This document shows, piece by piece, positions 9,143 through 24,100 of a stretch of 64,000 bases of DNA (positions are counted from its first letter, which is position 1; every line of letters begins with the position of its first letter). Location: assembly GCA_964016885.1 (NCBI GenBank), contig OZ024740.1, forward strand, positions 4,278,001-4,342,000, in the 5' to 3' direction. Under the pieces are notes generated by a model. The model was not told the DNA's origin and searched no databases. It saw only the letters and a program-made list of their open reading frames with translations. The position numbers and the translations under genes are program-made. This DNA is from Eledone cirrhosa. Taxonomy: Eukaryota.

Positions 9143-12100
9143 CTGTCCGTCTGTGCATGTGTCTGTCTACCATGTCTGTCTGTGTCTATTTACCATGTCT
9201 GTCAGTGTCTGTCTACCATGTCTGTCTGTGTATGTCTACCATGTCTGTCTGTGTCTTTCTACCATGTCTGTCTGTGTCTATCTAGCATGTCTGTCTGTGT
9301 CTGTCTACCATGTCTGTCTGTGTCTGTCTACCATGTCTATCTGTGTCTGTCTACCATGTCTGTCTGTGTCTATCTACCATGTCTGTCTGTGTCTATCTAC
9401 CATGTCTGTCTGTGTCTGTCTACCATGTCTGTGTCTGTCTACCATGTCTGTCTGTGTCTATCTACCATGTCTGTCTGTGTCTACCTACCATGTCTGTCTG
9501 TGTCTATCTACCATGTCTGTATGTGTCTATCTACATTGTCTGTCTGTGTCTATCTACCATGTCTGTCTGTGTCTTTCTGCCATGTCTGTCTGTGTCTGTC
9601 TACCTTGTCTGTCTGTGTCTGTCTACCACGTCTGTCTGTGTCTATCTACCAGGTCTGTCTGTGTCTATCTACCATGTCTGTCTGTGTCTGTCTACCATGT
9701 CTGTCTGTGTCTATCTACCATGTCTGTGTCTGTCTATCACGTCTGTTTGTGTCTGACTACCATGTCTGTATGTGTCTGTCTATCATGTCTGTCTGTGTCT
9801 ATCTACCATGTCTGTCTGTGACTGTCTACCCTGTCTGTCAGCCTCTGTCTACCATGTCTGTATGTGTCTGTCTACCATGTCTGTCTGTGTCTTTCTACCA
9901 TGTCTGTCTGTGTCTATCTACCATGTCTGTCTGTGTCTGTCTACCATGTCTGTCTGTGTCTGTCTACCATGTCTGTATGTGTCTATCTACCATGTCTGTC
10001 TGTGTCTATCTACCTTGTCTGTCTGTGTCTATCTACCATGTCTGTATGTGTCTGTCTACCATGCCTGCCTGTGTCTATCTACCAGGTATGTCTGTGTCTA
10101 TCTACCATGTCTGTCTGTGTCTGTCTACCATGTCTGTCTGTGTCTATCTACCATGTCTGTGTCTGTATATCACGTCTGTCTGTGTCTATCTACCATGTCT
10201 GTCTGTGTCTATCTACCATGTCTGTATGTGTCTGTCTACCATGTCTGTATGTGTCTGTCTACCATGTCTGTCTGTATCTGTCTACCATGCCTGTCTGTGT
10301 CTGACTACCATGTCTGTATGTGTCTGTCAACCATGTCTGTCTGTGTCTATCTACCATGTCTGTCTGTGTCTATCTACCATGTCTGTCTGTGACTGTCTAC
10401 CCTGTCTGTCTGCGTCTGTCTACCATGTCTGTATGTGTCTGTCTACCATGTCTGTCTGTGTCTTTCTATCATGTCTGTCTGTGTCTATCTACCATGTCTG
10501 TCTGTGCCTGTCTACCATGTCTGTCTGTGTCTGTCTACCATGTCTGTCTGTGTCTGTCTACCATGTCTGTCTGTGTCTATCTAACATGTCTGTCTGTGTC
10601 TATCTACCATGTCTGTCTGTGTCTGTCTACCATGTCTGCCTGTGTCTATCTACCAGGTATGTCTGTGTCTATCTACCATGTCTGTCTGTGTCTGTCTACC
10701 ATGTCTGTCTGTGTCTATCTACCATGTCTGTGTCTGTATATCACGTCTGTCTGTGTCTATCTACCATGTCTGTCTGTGTCTATCTACCATGTCTGTATGT
10801 GTCTGTCTACCATGTCTGTATGTGTCTGTCTACCATGTCTGTCTGTATCTGTCTACCATGCCTGTCTGTGTCTGACTACCATGTCTGTATGTGTCTGTCT
10901 ACCATGTCTGTCTGTGTCTATCTACCATGTCTGTCTGTGTCTATCTACCATGTCTGTCTGTAACTGTCTACCCTGTCTGTCTGCGTCTGTCTACCATGTC
11001 TGTATGTGTCTGTCTACCATGTCTGTCTGTGTCTTTCTATCGTGTCTGTCTGTGTCTATCTACCATGTCTGTCTGTGCCTGTCTACCATGTCTGTCTGTG
11101 TCTGTCTACCATGTCTGTCTGTGTCTGTCTACCATGTCTGTCTGTGTCTATCTACCATGTCTCTTCGTGTCTGTCTAACATGTCTGTCTGTGTCTGTCTA
11201 CCATGTCTGTCTGTGTCTGTCTACCTTGTCTGTCTGTGTCTGTCTACCATGTCTGTCTGTGGCTATCTACCAGGTCTGTCTGTGTCTATCTACCATGTCT
11301 GTTTGTGTCTGTCTACCATGTCTGTCTGTATCTATCAACCATGTATGTGTCTGTCTATCACGTCTGTCTGTGTCTATCTACCATGTCTGTCTGTGTCTAT
11401 CTACCATGTCTGTCTGTGTCTGTCTACCATGTCTGTATGTGTCTGTCTACCATGTCTGTCTGTGTCTGTCTAACATGTCTGTCTGTGTCTGTCTACCATG
11501 TCTGTATGTGTCTGTCTACCATGTCTGTCTGTGTCTGTCTACCATGTCTGTATGTGTCTATCTACCATGTCTGTCTGTGTCTATCTACCATGTCTGTATG
11601 TGTCTATCTACCATGTCTGTCTGTGTCTATCTACCTTGTCTGTCTGTGTCTATCTACCATGTCTGTCTGTGTCTATCTACCATGTCTGTCTGTGTCTGTC
11701 TACCTTGTCTGTCTGTGTCTGTCTACCATGTCTGTCTGTGTCTATCTACCAGGTCTGTCTGTGTCTATCTACCATGTCTGTCTGTGTCTGTCTACCATGT
11801 CTGTCTGTGTCTATCTATCATGTCTGTGTCTGTCTATCACGTCTGTATGTGTCTGTCTACCATGTCTGTATGTGTCTGTCTACCATGTCTGTCTGTATCT
11901 CTCTACCATGCCTGTCTGTGTCTGACTACCATGTCTGTATGTGTCTGACGACCATGTCTGTATGTGTCTGTCTACCATGTCTGTCTGTGTCTATCTACCA
12001 TGTCTGTCTGTGTCTATCTACCATGTCTGTCTGCGTCTGTCTGTGACTGTCTACCCTGACTGTCTGCATCTGTCTACCATGTCTGTATGTATCTGTCTAC

Positions 12101-15100
12101 CATGTCTGTCTGTGTCTTTCTACCATGTCTGTCTGTGTCTATCTACCATGTCTGTCTGTGTCTGTCTAACATGTCTGTCTGTGTCTGTCTGCCATGTCTG
12201 TCTGTGTCTGTCTACCATGTCTGTATGTGTCTATCTACCCTGTCTGTCTGTGTCTATCTACCTTGTCTGTCTGTGTCTATCTACCATGTCTGTCTGTGTC
12301 TATCTACCATGTCTGTCTGTGTCTCTCTACCTTCTCTGTCTGTGTCTGTCTACCATGTCTGTCTGTGTCTATCTACCAGGTCTCTCTGTGTTTATCTACC
12401 ATGTCTGTGTGTGTCTGTCTGCCATGTCTGTCTGTGTCTATCTACCATGTCTGTGTCTGTCTATCACGTCTGTCTGTGTCTATCTACCATGTCTGTCTGT
12501 GTCTATCTACCATGTCTGTATGTGTCTGTCTACCATGTCTGTATGTGTCTGTGTACCATGTCTGTCTGTATCTGTCTACCATGCCTGTCTGTGTCTGACT
12601 ACCATGTCTGTATGTGTCTGTCTACCATGTCTGTCTGTGTCTATCTACCATGTCTGTCTGTGTCTATCTACCATGTCTGTCTGTGTCTGTCTGTGACTGT
12701 CTACCATGTCTGTCTGCGTCTGTCTACCATGTCTGTATGTGTCTGTCTACCATGTATGTATGTGTCTGTCTACCAATGTCTGTCTGTGTCTTTCTACCAT
12801 GTCTGTCTGTGTCTGTCTACCATGTCTGTCTGTGTCTGTCTACCATGTCTGTCTGTGTCTGTCTACCATGTCTGTCTGTGTCTATCTACCATGTCTCTTC
12901 GTGTCTATCTACCATGTCTGTCTGTGTCTGTCTGCCATGTCTGTCTGTGTCTATCTACCATGTCTGTCTGTGTCTGTCTACCATGTCTGTCTGTGTCTAT
13001 CTACCATGTCTGTCTGTGTCTGTCTACCATGTCTGTGTCTATCTACCATGTCTGTCTGTGTCTGTCTACCATGTCTGTCTGTGTCTGTCTACCATGTCTG
13101 TCTGTGTCTATCTACCATGTCTGTCTGTGTCCGTCTACCATGACTGTCTACCAGGTCTACCATGTCTATCTAGCATGTCTGTCTGTGTCTATCTACCATG
13201 TCTGTCTGCGCATGTCTACCATGTCTGTCTGTGTCTATCTACTACGTCTGTAAGTGTCTGTCTACCCTGTCTGTCTGTGTCTATCTACCATGTCTGTCTG
13301 TGTCTATCTACCATGTCTGACTGTGCATGTCCACCATGTCTGTCTGTGTCTATCTACCATGTCTGTCTGTGTCTATCTACCATGTCTGTCTGTGTCCGTC
13401 TACCATGACTGTCTACCAGGTCTACCATGTCTATCTAGCATGTCTGTCTGTGTCTATCTACCATGTCTGTCTGTGTATGTCTACCATGACTGTCTGTGTC
13501 TATCTACCTTGTCTGCCTGTGTCTATCTACCATGTCTGTCTGTGTCTGTTTACCATGTCTGTTTGTGTCTGTCTACCATGTCTGTCTGTGCATGTCTACC
13601 ATGTCTGTCTGTGTCTGTCTACCATGTCTGCCTGTGTCTATCTACCATGTCTGTCTGTGTCTGTCTACCATGTCTGTCTGTGTCTATCTACCATGTCTGT
13701 CTGTGTCTGTCTACCACGTCTGTCTGTGTCTGTCTACCATGTCTGTCTGTTTCTGTCTACCACGTCTGTCTGTGTCTATCTACCATGTCTGTATGTGTCT
13801 GTCTACCATGTCTGTCTGTGTCTATCTACCATGTATGTGTCTGTCTACCATGTCTGTCTGTGTCTGTCTACCATGTCTGTATGTGTCTGTCTGTATCTGT
13901 CTACCATGCCTGTCTGTGTCTGACTACCATGTCTGTATGTGTCTGACTACCATGTCAGTATGTGTCTGTCTACCATGTCTGTCTGTGTCTATCTACCATG
14001 TCTGTCTGTGTCTATCTACCATGTCTGTCTGCGTCTGTCTGTGACTGTCTACCCTGACTGTCTGCATCTGTCTACTATGTCTGTATGTGTCTGTCTACCA
14101 TGTCTGTCTGTGTCTATCTACCATGTCTGTCTGTGTCTATCTACCATGTCTGTCTGTGTCTGTCTACCATGTCTGTATCTATCTACCATGTCTGTCTGTG
14201 TCTATCTAACATGTCTGTCTGTGTCTACCTACCATGTCTGTCTGTGTCTATCTACCATGTCTGTATGTGTCTATCTACATTGTCTGTATGTGTCTATCTA
14301 CCATGTCTGTCTGTGTCTATCTACCATGTCTGTCTGTGTCTGTCTACCATGCCTGCCTGTGTCTATCTACCAGGTATGTCTGTGTCTATCTACCATGTCT
14401 GTCTGTGTCTGTCTACCATGTCTGTCTGTGTCTATCTACCATGTCTGTGTCTGTATATCACGTCTGTCTGTGTCTATCTACCATGTCTGTCTGTGTCTAT
14501 CTACCATGTCTGTATGTGTCTGTCTACCATGTCTGTATGTGTCTGTCTACCATGTCTGTCTGCATCTGTCTACCATGCCTGTCTGTGTCTGACTACCATG
14601 TCTGTATGTGTCTGTCAACCATGTCTGTCTGTGTCTATCTACCATGTCTGTCTGTGTCTATTTACCATGTCTGTCTGTGACTGTCTACCCTGTCTGTCTG
14701 CGTCTGTCTACCATGTCTGTATGTGTCTGTCTACCATGTCTGTCTGTGTCTTTCTATCATGTCTGTCTGTGTCTATCTACCATGTCTGTCTGTGCCTGTC
14801 TACCATGTCTGTCTGTGTCTGTCTACCATGTCTGTCTGTGTCTGTCTACCATGTCCGTCTGTGTCTATCTACCATGTCTGTCTGTGTCTATCTACCATGT
14901 CTGTCTGTGTCTGTCTACCATGTCTGCCTGTGTCTATCTACCAGGTATGTCTGTGTCTATCTACCATGTCTCTCTGTGTCTGTCTACCATGTCTGTCTGT
15001 GTCTATCTACCATGTCTGTGTCTGTATATCACGTCTGTCTGTGTCTATCTACCATGTCTGTCTGTGTCTATCTACCATGTCTGTATGTGTCTGTCTACCA

Positions 15101-18100
15101 TTTCTGTATGTGTCTGTCTACCATGTCTGTCTGTATCTGTCTACCATGCCTGTCTGTGTCTGACTACCATGTCTGTATGTGTCTGTCTACCATGTCTGTC
15201 TGTGTCTATCTACCATGTCTGTCTGTGTCTATCTACCATGTCTGTCTGTAACTGTCTACCCTGTCTGTCTGCGTCTGTCTACCATGTCTGTCTGTGTCTA
15301 TCTACCATGTATGTCTGTGTCTGTCTAACATGTCTGTCTGTGTCTGTCTACCATGTCTGTCTGTGTCTGTCTACCTTGTCTGTCTGTGTCTGTCTACCAT
15401 GTCTGTCTGTGTCTATCTACCAGGTCTGTCTGTGTCTATCTACCATGTCTGTTTGTGTCTGTCTACCATGTCTGTCTGTATCTATCAACCATGTCTGTGT
15501 CTGTCTATCACGTCTGTCTGTGTCTATCTACCATGTCTGTCTGTGTCTATCTACCATGTCTGTCTGTGTCTGTCTACCATGTCTGTATGTGTCTTTCTAC
15601 CATGTCTGTCTGTGTCTGTCTAACATGTCTGTCTGTGTCTGTCTACCATGTCTGTATGTGTCTGTCTACCATGTCTGTCTGTGTCTGTCTACCATGTCTG
15701 TATGTGTCTATCTACCATGTCTGTCTGTGTCTATCTACCATGTCTGTATGTGTCTATCTACCATGTCTGTCTGTGTCTATCTACCTTGTCTGTCTGTGTC
15801 TATCTACCATGTCTGTCTGTGTCTATCTACCATGTCTGTCTGTGTCTGTCTACCTTGTCTGTCTGTGTCTGTCTACCATGTCTGTCTGTGTCTATCTACC
15901 AGGTCTGTCTGTGTCTATCTACCATGTCTGTCTGTGTCTGTCTACCATGTCTGTCTGTGTCTATCTATCATGTCTGTGTCTGTCTATCACGTCTGTATGT
16001 GTCTATCTACCATGTCTGTATGTGTCTGTCTACCATGTCTGTCTGTATCTCTCTACCATGCCTGTCTGTGTCTGACTACCATGTCTGTATGTGTCTGACG
16101 ACCATGTCTGTATGTGTCTGTCTACCATGTCTGTCTGTGTCTATCTACCATGTCTGTCTGTGTCTATCTACCATGTCTGTCTGCGTCTGTCTGTGACTGT
16201 CTACCCTGACTGTCTGCATCTGTCTACCATGTCTGTATGTGTCTGTCTACCATGTCTGTCTGTGTCTTTCTACCATGTCTGTCTGTGTCTATCTACCATG
16301 TCTGTCTGTGTCTGTCTAACATGTCTGTCTGTGTCTGTCTGCCATGTCTGTCTGTGTCTGTCTACCATGTCTGTATGTGTCTATCTACCCTGTCTGTCTG
16401 TGTCTATCTACCTTGTCTGTCTGTGTCTATCTACCATGTCTGTCTGTGTCTATCTACCATGTCTGTCTGTGTCTGTCTACCTTCTCTGTCTGTGTCTGTC
16501 TACCATGTCTGTCTGTGTCTATCTACCAGGTCTCTCTGTGTTTATCTACCATGTCTGTGTGTGTCTGTCTACCATGTCTGTATGTGTCTGTGTACCATGT
16601 CTGTCTGTATCTGTCTACCATGCCTGTCTGTGTCTGACTACCATGTCTGTATGTGTCTGTCTACCATGTCTGTCTGTGTCTATCTACCATGTCTGTCTGT
16701 GTCTATCTACCATGTCTGTCTGTGACTGTCTACCATGTCTGTCTGCGTCTGTCTACCATGTCTGTATGTGTCTGTCTACCATGTCTGTCTGTGTTTGTCT
16801 ACCATGTCTGTCTGTGTCTGTCTACCATGTCTGTCTGTGTCTATCTACCATGTCTCTTCGTGTCTATCTACCATGTCTGTCTGTGTCTGTCTGCCATGTC
16901 TGTCTGTGTCTATCTACCATGTCTGTCTGTGTCTGTCTACTATGTCTGTCTGTGTCTGTCTACCATGTCTGTCTGTGTCTATCTACCATGTCTGTCTGTG
17001 TCTGTCTACCATGTCTGTGTCTATCTACCATGTCTGTCTGTGTCTGTCTACCATGTCTGTCTGTGTCTGTCTACCATGTCTGTCTGTGTCTATCTACCAT
17101 GTCTGTCTGTGTCCGTCTACCGTGACTGTCTACCAGGTCTACCATGTCTATCTAGCATGTCTGTCTGTGTCTATCTACCATGTCTGTCTGCGCATGTCTA
17201 CCATGTCTGTCTGTGTCTATCTACTACGTCTGTAAGTGTCTGTCTACCCTCTCTGTCTGTGTCTATCTACCATGTCTGTCTGTGTCTATCTACCATGTCT
17301 GACTGTGCATGTCCACCATGTCTGTCTGTGTCTATCTACCATGTCTGTCTGTGTCTATCTACCATGTCTGTCTGTGTCCGTCTACCATGACTGTCTACCA
17401 GGTCTACCATGTCTGTCTGTGCCTGTCTACCATGTCTGTCTGTGTCTGTCTACCATGTCTGTCTGTGTCTGTCTACCATGTCTGTCTGTGTCTGTCTACC
17501 ATGTCTATCTGTGTCTGTCTACCATGTCTGTCTGTGTCTATCTACCATGTCTGTCTGTGTCTATCTACCATGTCTGTCTGTGTCTGTCTACCATGTCTGT
17601 ATCTATCTACCATGTCTGTCTGTGTCTATCTACCATGTCTGTCTGTGTCTACCTACCATGTCTGTCTGTGTCTATCTACCATGTCTGTATGTGTCTATCT
17701 ACATTGTCTGTCTGTGTCTATCTACCATGTCTGTCTGTGTCTTTCTACCATGTCTGTCTGTGTCTGTCTACCTTGTCTGTCTGTGTCTGTCTACCACGTC
17801 TGTCTGTGTCTATCTACCAGGTCTGTCTGTGTCTATCTACCATGTCTGTCTGTGTCTGTCTACCATGTCTCTCTGTGTCTATCTACCATGTCTGTGTCTG
17901 TCTATCACGTCTGTTTGTGTCTGACTACCATGTCTGTATGTGTCTGTCTATCATGTATGTCTGTGTCTATCTACCATGTCTGTCTGTGACTGTCTACCCT
18001 GTCTGTCAGCATCTGTCTACCATGTCTGTATGTGTCTGTCTACCATGTCTGTCTGTGTCTTTCTACCATGTCTGTCTGTGTCTATCTACCATGTCTGTCT

Positions 18101-21100
18101 GTGTCTGTCTACCATGTCTGTGTGTGTCTGTCTACCATGTCTGTATGTGTCTATCTACCATGTCTGTCTGTGTCTATCTACCTTGTCTGTCTGTGTCTAT
18201 CTACCATGTCTGTCTGTGTCTGTCTACCATGCCTGCCTGTGTCTATCTACCAGGTATGTCTGTGTCTATCTACCATGTCTGTCTGTGTCTGTCTACCATG
18301 TCTGTCTGTGTCTATCTACCATGTCTGTGTCTGTATATCACGTCTGTCTGTGTCTATCTACCATGTCTGTCTGTGTCTATCTACCATGTCTGTATGTGTC
18401 TGTCTACCATGTCTGTATGTGTCTGTCTACCATGTCTGTCTGTATCTGTCTACCATGCCTGTCTGTGTCTGACTACCATGTCTGTATGTGTCTGTCAACC
18501 ATGTCTGTCTGTGTCTATCTACCATGTCTGTCTGTGTCTATCTACCATGTCTGTCTGTGACTGTCTACCCTGTCTGTCTGCGTCTGTCTACCATGTCTGT
18601 ATGTGTCTGTCTACCATGTCTGTCTGTGTCTTTCTATCATGTCTGTCTGTGTCTATCTACCATGTATGTCTGTGCCTGTCTACCATGTCTGTCTGTGTCT
18701 GTCTACCATGTCTGTCTGTGTCTGTCTACCATGTCTGTCTGTGTCTATCTAACATGTCTGTCTGTGTCTATCTACCATGTCTGTCTGTGTCTGTCTACCA
18801 TGTCTGCCTGTGTCTATCTACCAGGTATGTCTGTGTCTATCTACCATGTCTGTCTGTGTCTGTCTACCATGTCTGTCTGTGTCTATCTACCATGTCTGTG
18901 TCTGTATATCACGTCTGTCTGTGTCTATCTACCATGTCTGTCTGTGTCTATCTACCATGTCTGAATGTGTCTGTCTACCATGTCTGTATGTGTCTGTCTA
19001 CCATGTCTGTCTGTATCTGTCTACCATGCCTGTCTGTGTCTGACTACCATGTCTGTATGTGTCTGTCTACCATGTCTGTCTGTGTCTATCTACCATGTCT
19101 GTCTGTATCTATCTACCATGTCTGTCTGTAACTGTCTACCCTGTCTGTCTGCGTCTGTCTACCATGTCTGTATGTGTCTGTCTACCATGTCTGTCTGTGT
19201 CTTTCTATCGTGTCTGTCTGTGTCTATCTACCATGTCTGTCTGTGCCTGTCTACCATGTCTGTCTGTGTCTGTCTACCATGTCTGTCTGTGTCTGTCTAC
19301 CATGTCTGTCTGTGTCTATCTACCATGTATGTCTGTGTCTGTCTAACATGTCTGTCTGTGTCTGTCTACCATGTCTGTCTGTGTCTGTCTACCTTGTCTG
19401 TCTGTGTCTGTCTACCATGTCTGTCTGTGGCTATCTACCAGGTCTGTCTGTGTCTATCTACCATGTCTGTTTGTGTCTGTCTACCATGTCTGTCTGTATC
19501 TATCAACCATGTCTGTGTCTGTCTATCACGTCTGTCTGTGTCTATCTACCATGTCTGTCTGTGTCTATCTACCATGTCTGTCTGTGTCTGTCTACCATGT
19601 CTGTATGTGTCTGTCTACCATGTCTGTCTGTGTCTGTCTAACATGTCTGTCTGTGTCTGTCTACCATGTCTGTATGTGTCTGTCTACCATGTCTGTCTGT
19701 GTCTGTCTACCATGTCTGTATGTGTCTATCTACCATGTCTGTCTGTGTCTATCTACCATGTCTGTATGTGTCTATCTACCATGTCTGTCTGTGTCTATCT
19801 ACCTTGTCTGTCTGTGTCTATCTACCATGTCTGTCTGTGTCTATCTACCATGTCTGTCTGTGTCTGTCTACCTTGTCTGTCTGTGTCTGTCTACCATGTC
19901 TGTCTGTGTCTATCTACCAGGTTTGTCTGTGTCTATCTACCATGTCTGTCTGTGTCTGTCTACCATGTCTGTCTGTGTCTATCTATCATGTCTGTGTCTG
20001 TCTATCACGTCTGTATGTGTCTGTCTACCATGTCTGTATGTGTCTGTCTACCATGTCTGTCTGTATCTCTCTACCATGTCTGTCTGTGTCTGACTACCAT
20101 GTCTGTATGTGTCTGACGACCATGTCTGTATGTGTCTGTCTACCATGTCTGTCTGTGTCTATCTACCATGTCTGTCTGTGTCTATCTACCATGTCTGTCT
20201 GCGTCTGTCTGTGACTGTCTACCCTGACTGTCTGCATCTGTCTACCATGTCTGTATGTGTCTGTCTACCATGTCTGTCTGTGTCTTTCTACCATGTCTGT
20301 CTGTGTCTATCTACCATGTCTGTCTGTGTCTGTCTAACATGTCTGTCTGTGTCTGTCTGCCATGTCTGTCTGTGTCTGTCTACCATGTCTGTATGTGTCT
20401 ATCTACCCTGTCTGTCTGTGTCTATCTACCTTGTCTGTCTGTGTCTATCTACCATGTCTGTCTGTGTCTATCTACCATGTCTGTCTGTGTCTGTCTACCT
20501 TCTCTGTCTGTGTCTGTCTACCATGTCTGTCTGTGTCTATCTACCAGGTCTCTCTGTGTTTATCTACCATGTCTGTGTGTGTCTGTCTGCCATGTCTGTC
20601 TGTGTCTATCTACCATGTCTGTGTCTGTCTATCACGTCTGTCTGTGTCTATCTACCATGTCTGTCTGTGTCTATCTACCATGTCTGTATGTGTCTGTCTA
20701 CCATGTCTGTATGTGTCTGTGTACCATGTCTGTCTGTATCTGTCTACCATGCCTGTCTGTGTCTGACTACCATGTCTGTATGTGTCTGTCTACCATGTCT
20801 GTCTGTGTCTATCTACCATGTCTGTCTGTGTCTATCTACCATGTCTGTCTGTGTCTGTCTGTGACTGTCTACCATGTCTGTCTGCGTCTGTCTACCATGT
20901 CTGTATGTGTCTGTCTACCATGTATGTATGTGTCTGTCTACCAATGTCTGTCTGTGTCTTTCTACCATGTCTGTCTGTGTCTGTCTACCATGTCTGTCTG
21001 TGTCTGTCTACCATGTCTGTCTGTGTCTGTCTACCATGTCTGTCTGTGTCTATCTACCATGTCTCTTCGTGTCTATCTACCATGTCTGTCTGTGTATGTC

Positions 21101-24100
21101 TGCCATGTCTGTCTGTGTCTATCTACCATGTCTGTCTGTGTCTGTCTACCATGTCTGTCTGTGTCTATCTACCATGTCTGTCTGTGTCTGTCTACCATGT
21201 CTGTGTCTATCTACCATGTCTGTCTGTGTCTGTCTACCATGTCTGTCTGTGTCTGTCTACCATGTCTGTCTGTGTCTATCTACCATGTCTGTCTGTGTCC
21301 GTCTACCATGACTGTCTACCAGGTCTACCATGTCTATCTAGCATGTCTGTCTGTGTCTATCTACCATGTCTGTCTGCGCATGTCTACCATGTCTGTCTGT
21401 GTCTATCTACTACGTCTGTAAGTGTCTGTCTACCCTGTCTGTCTGTGTCTATCTACCATGTCTGTCTGTGTCTATCTACCATGTCTGACTGTGCATGTCC
21501 ACCATGTCTGTCTGTGTCTATCTACCATGTCTGTCTGTGTCTATCTACCATGTCTGTCTGTGTCCGTCTACCATGACTGTCTACCAGGTCTACCATGTCT
21601 ATCTAGCATGTCTGTCTGTGTCTATCTACCATGTCTGTCTGTGCATGTCTACCATGACTCTCTTTGTCTATCTACCTTGTCTGCCTGTGTCTATCTACCA
21701 TGTCTGTCTGTGTCTGTCTACCATGTCTGTTTGTGTCTGTCTACCATGTCTGTCTGTGCATGTCTACCATGTCTGTCTGTGTCTATCTACCTTGTCTGCC
21801 TGTGTCTATCTACCATGTCTGTCTGTGTCTGTCTACCATGTCTGTCTGTGTCTATCTACCATGTATGTGTCTGTCTACCATGTCTGTCTGTGTCTGTCTA
21901 CCATGTCTGTATGTGTCTGTCTACCATGTCTGTCTGTATCTGTCTACCATGCCTGTCTGTGGCTGACTACCATGTCTGTATGTGTCTGACTACCATGTCT
22001 GTATGTGTCTGTCTACCATGTCTGTCTGTGTCTATCTACCATGTCTGTCTGTGTCTATCTACCATGTCTGTCTGCGTCTGTCTGTGACTGTCTACCCTGA
22101 CTGTCTGCATCTGTCTACCATGTCTGTATGTGTCTGTCTACCATGTCTGTCTGTGTCTTTCTACCATGTCTGTCTGTGTCTATCTACCATGTCTGTCTGT
22201 GTCTGTCTAACATGTCTGTCTGTGTCTGTCTGCCATTTCTGTCTGTGTCTGTCTACCATGTCTGTATGTGTCTATCTACCCTGTCTGTCTGTGTCTGTCT
22301 GCTATGTCTGTCTGTGTCTATCTACCATGTCTGTCTGTGTCTGTCTACCATGTCTGTCTGTGTCTATCTACCATGTCTGTCTGTGTCTGTCTACCATGTC
22401 TGTGTCTATCTACCATGTTTGTCTGTGTCTGTCTACCATGTCTGTCTGTGTCTATCTACCATGTCTGTCTGTGACTGTCTACCATGTCTGTCTGCGTCTG
22501 TCTACCATGTCTGTCTGTGTCTATCTACCATGTCTGTCTGTGTCTGTCTACCACGTCTGTCTGTGTCTATCTACCATGTCTGTCTGTGTCTATCTACCAT
22601 GTCTGTCTGTGTCTGTCTGTGTATATCTACCATGTATGTCTGTGTCTATCTACCATGTCTGTCTGTGTCTATCTACCATGTCTGTTTGTGTCTGTCTAAC
22701 ATGTCTGTCTGTATCTATCTACCATGTCTGTGTCTGTCTATCACGTCTGTCTGTGTCTATCTACCATGTCTGTCTGTGTCTGTCTACCATGTCTGTATGT
22801 GTCTGTCTACCATGTCTGTGTGTGTCTGTCTAACATGTCTGTCTGTGTCAGTCTACCATGTCTGTATGTGTCTGTCTACCATGTCTGTCTGTGTCTGTCT
22901 ACCATGTCTGTCTCTGTCTATCTACCAAGTCTGTCTGTGTCTGTCTGTGACTGTCTACCCCGTTTGTCTGTGTCTGTCTACCATGTCTGTATGTGTCTGT
23001 CTACCATGTCTGTTTGTGTCTATCTACCATGTCTGTCTGTGTCTGTCTGTGACTGTCTACCATGTCTGTCTGTGTCTATCTACCATGTATGTCTATGTCT
23101 GTCTACCATGTCTGCCTGTGTCTGTCTACCATGTCTGTCTGTGTCTGTCTACCATGTCTGTCTGTGTCTGTCTACCATGTCTGTCTGTGTCTGTCTATCA
23201 TATCTGTCTGTGTCTGTCTACCATGTCTGTCTGTGTCTATCTACCATGTCTGCCTGTGTCTATCTACCATGTCTGTCTGTGTCTATCTACCATGTCTGTC
23301 TGTGTCTATCTAGCTTGTCTGTCTGTGTCTATCTACCATGTCTGTCTGTGTCTATCTACCATGTCTGTCTGTGTCTGTCTACCATGTCTGTGTCTATCTA
23401 ACATGTCTGTCTGTGTCTGTCTACCATGTCTGTCTGTGTCTGTCTGTGTATATCTACCATGTATGTCTGTGTCTATCTACCATGTCTGTCTGTGTCTGTC
23501 TACCTTGTCTGTCTGTGTCTGTCTACCATGTCTGTATGTGTCTATCTACCAGGTCTGTTTGTGTCTATCTACCATGTCTGTTTGTGTCTGTCTACCATGT
23601 CTGTCTGTGTCTATCTACCATGTCTGTATGTGTCTGTCTACCATGTATGTATGTGTCTGTCTACCAATGTCTGTCTGTGTCTTTCTACCATGTCTGTCTG
23701 TGTCTGTCTACCATGTCTGTCTGTGTCTGTCTACCATGTCTGTCTGTGTCTGTCTACCATGTCTGTCTGTGTCTATCTACCATGTCTCTTCGTGTTTATC
23801 TACCATGTCTGTCTGTGTCTGTCTGCCATGTCTGTCTGTGTCTATCTACCATGTCTGTCTGTGTCTGTCTACCATGTCTGTCTGTGTCTATCTACCATGT
23901 CTGTCTGTGTCTGTCTACCATGTCTGTGTCTATCTACCATGTCTGTCTGTGTCTGTCTACCATGTCTGTCTGTGTCTGTCTACCATGTCTGTCTGTGTCT
24001 ATCTACCATGTCTGTCTGTGTCCGTCTACCATGACTGTCTACCAGGTCTACCATGTCTATCTAGCATGTCTGTCTGTGTCTATCTACCATGTCTGTCTGC

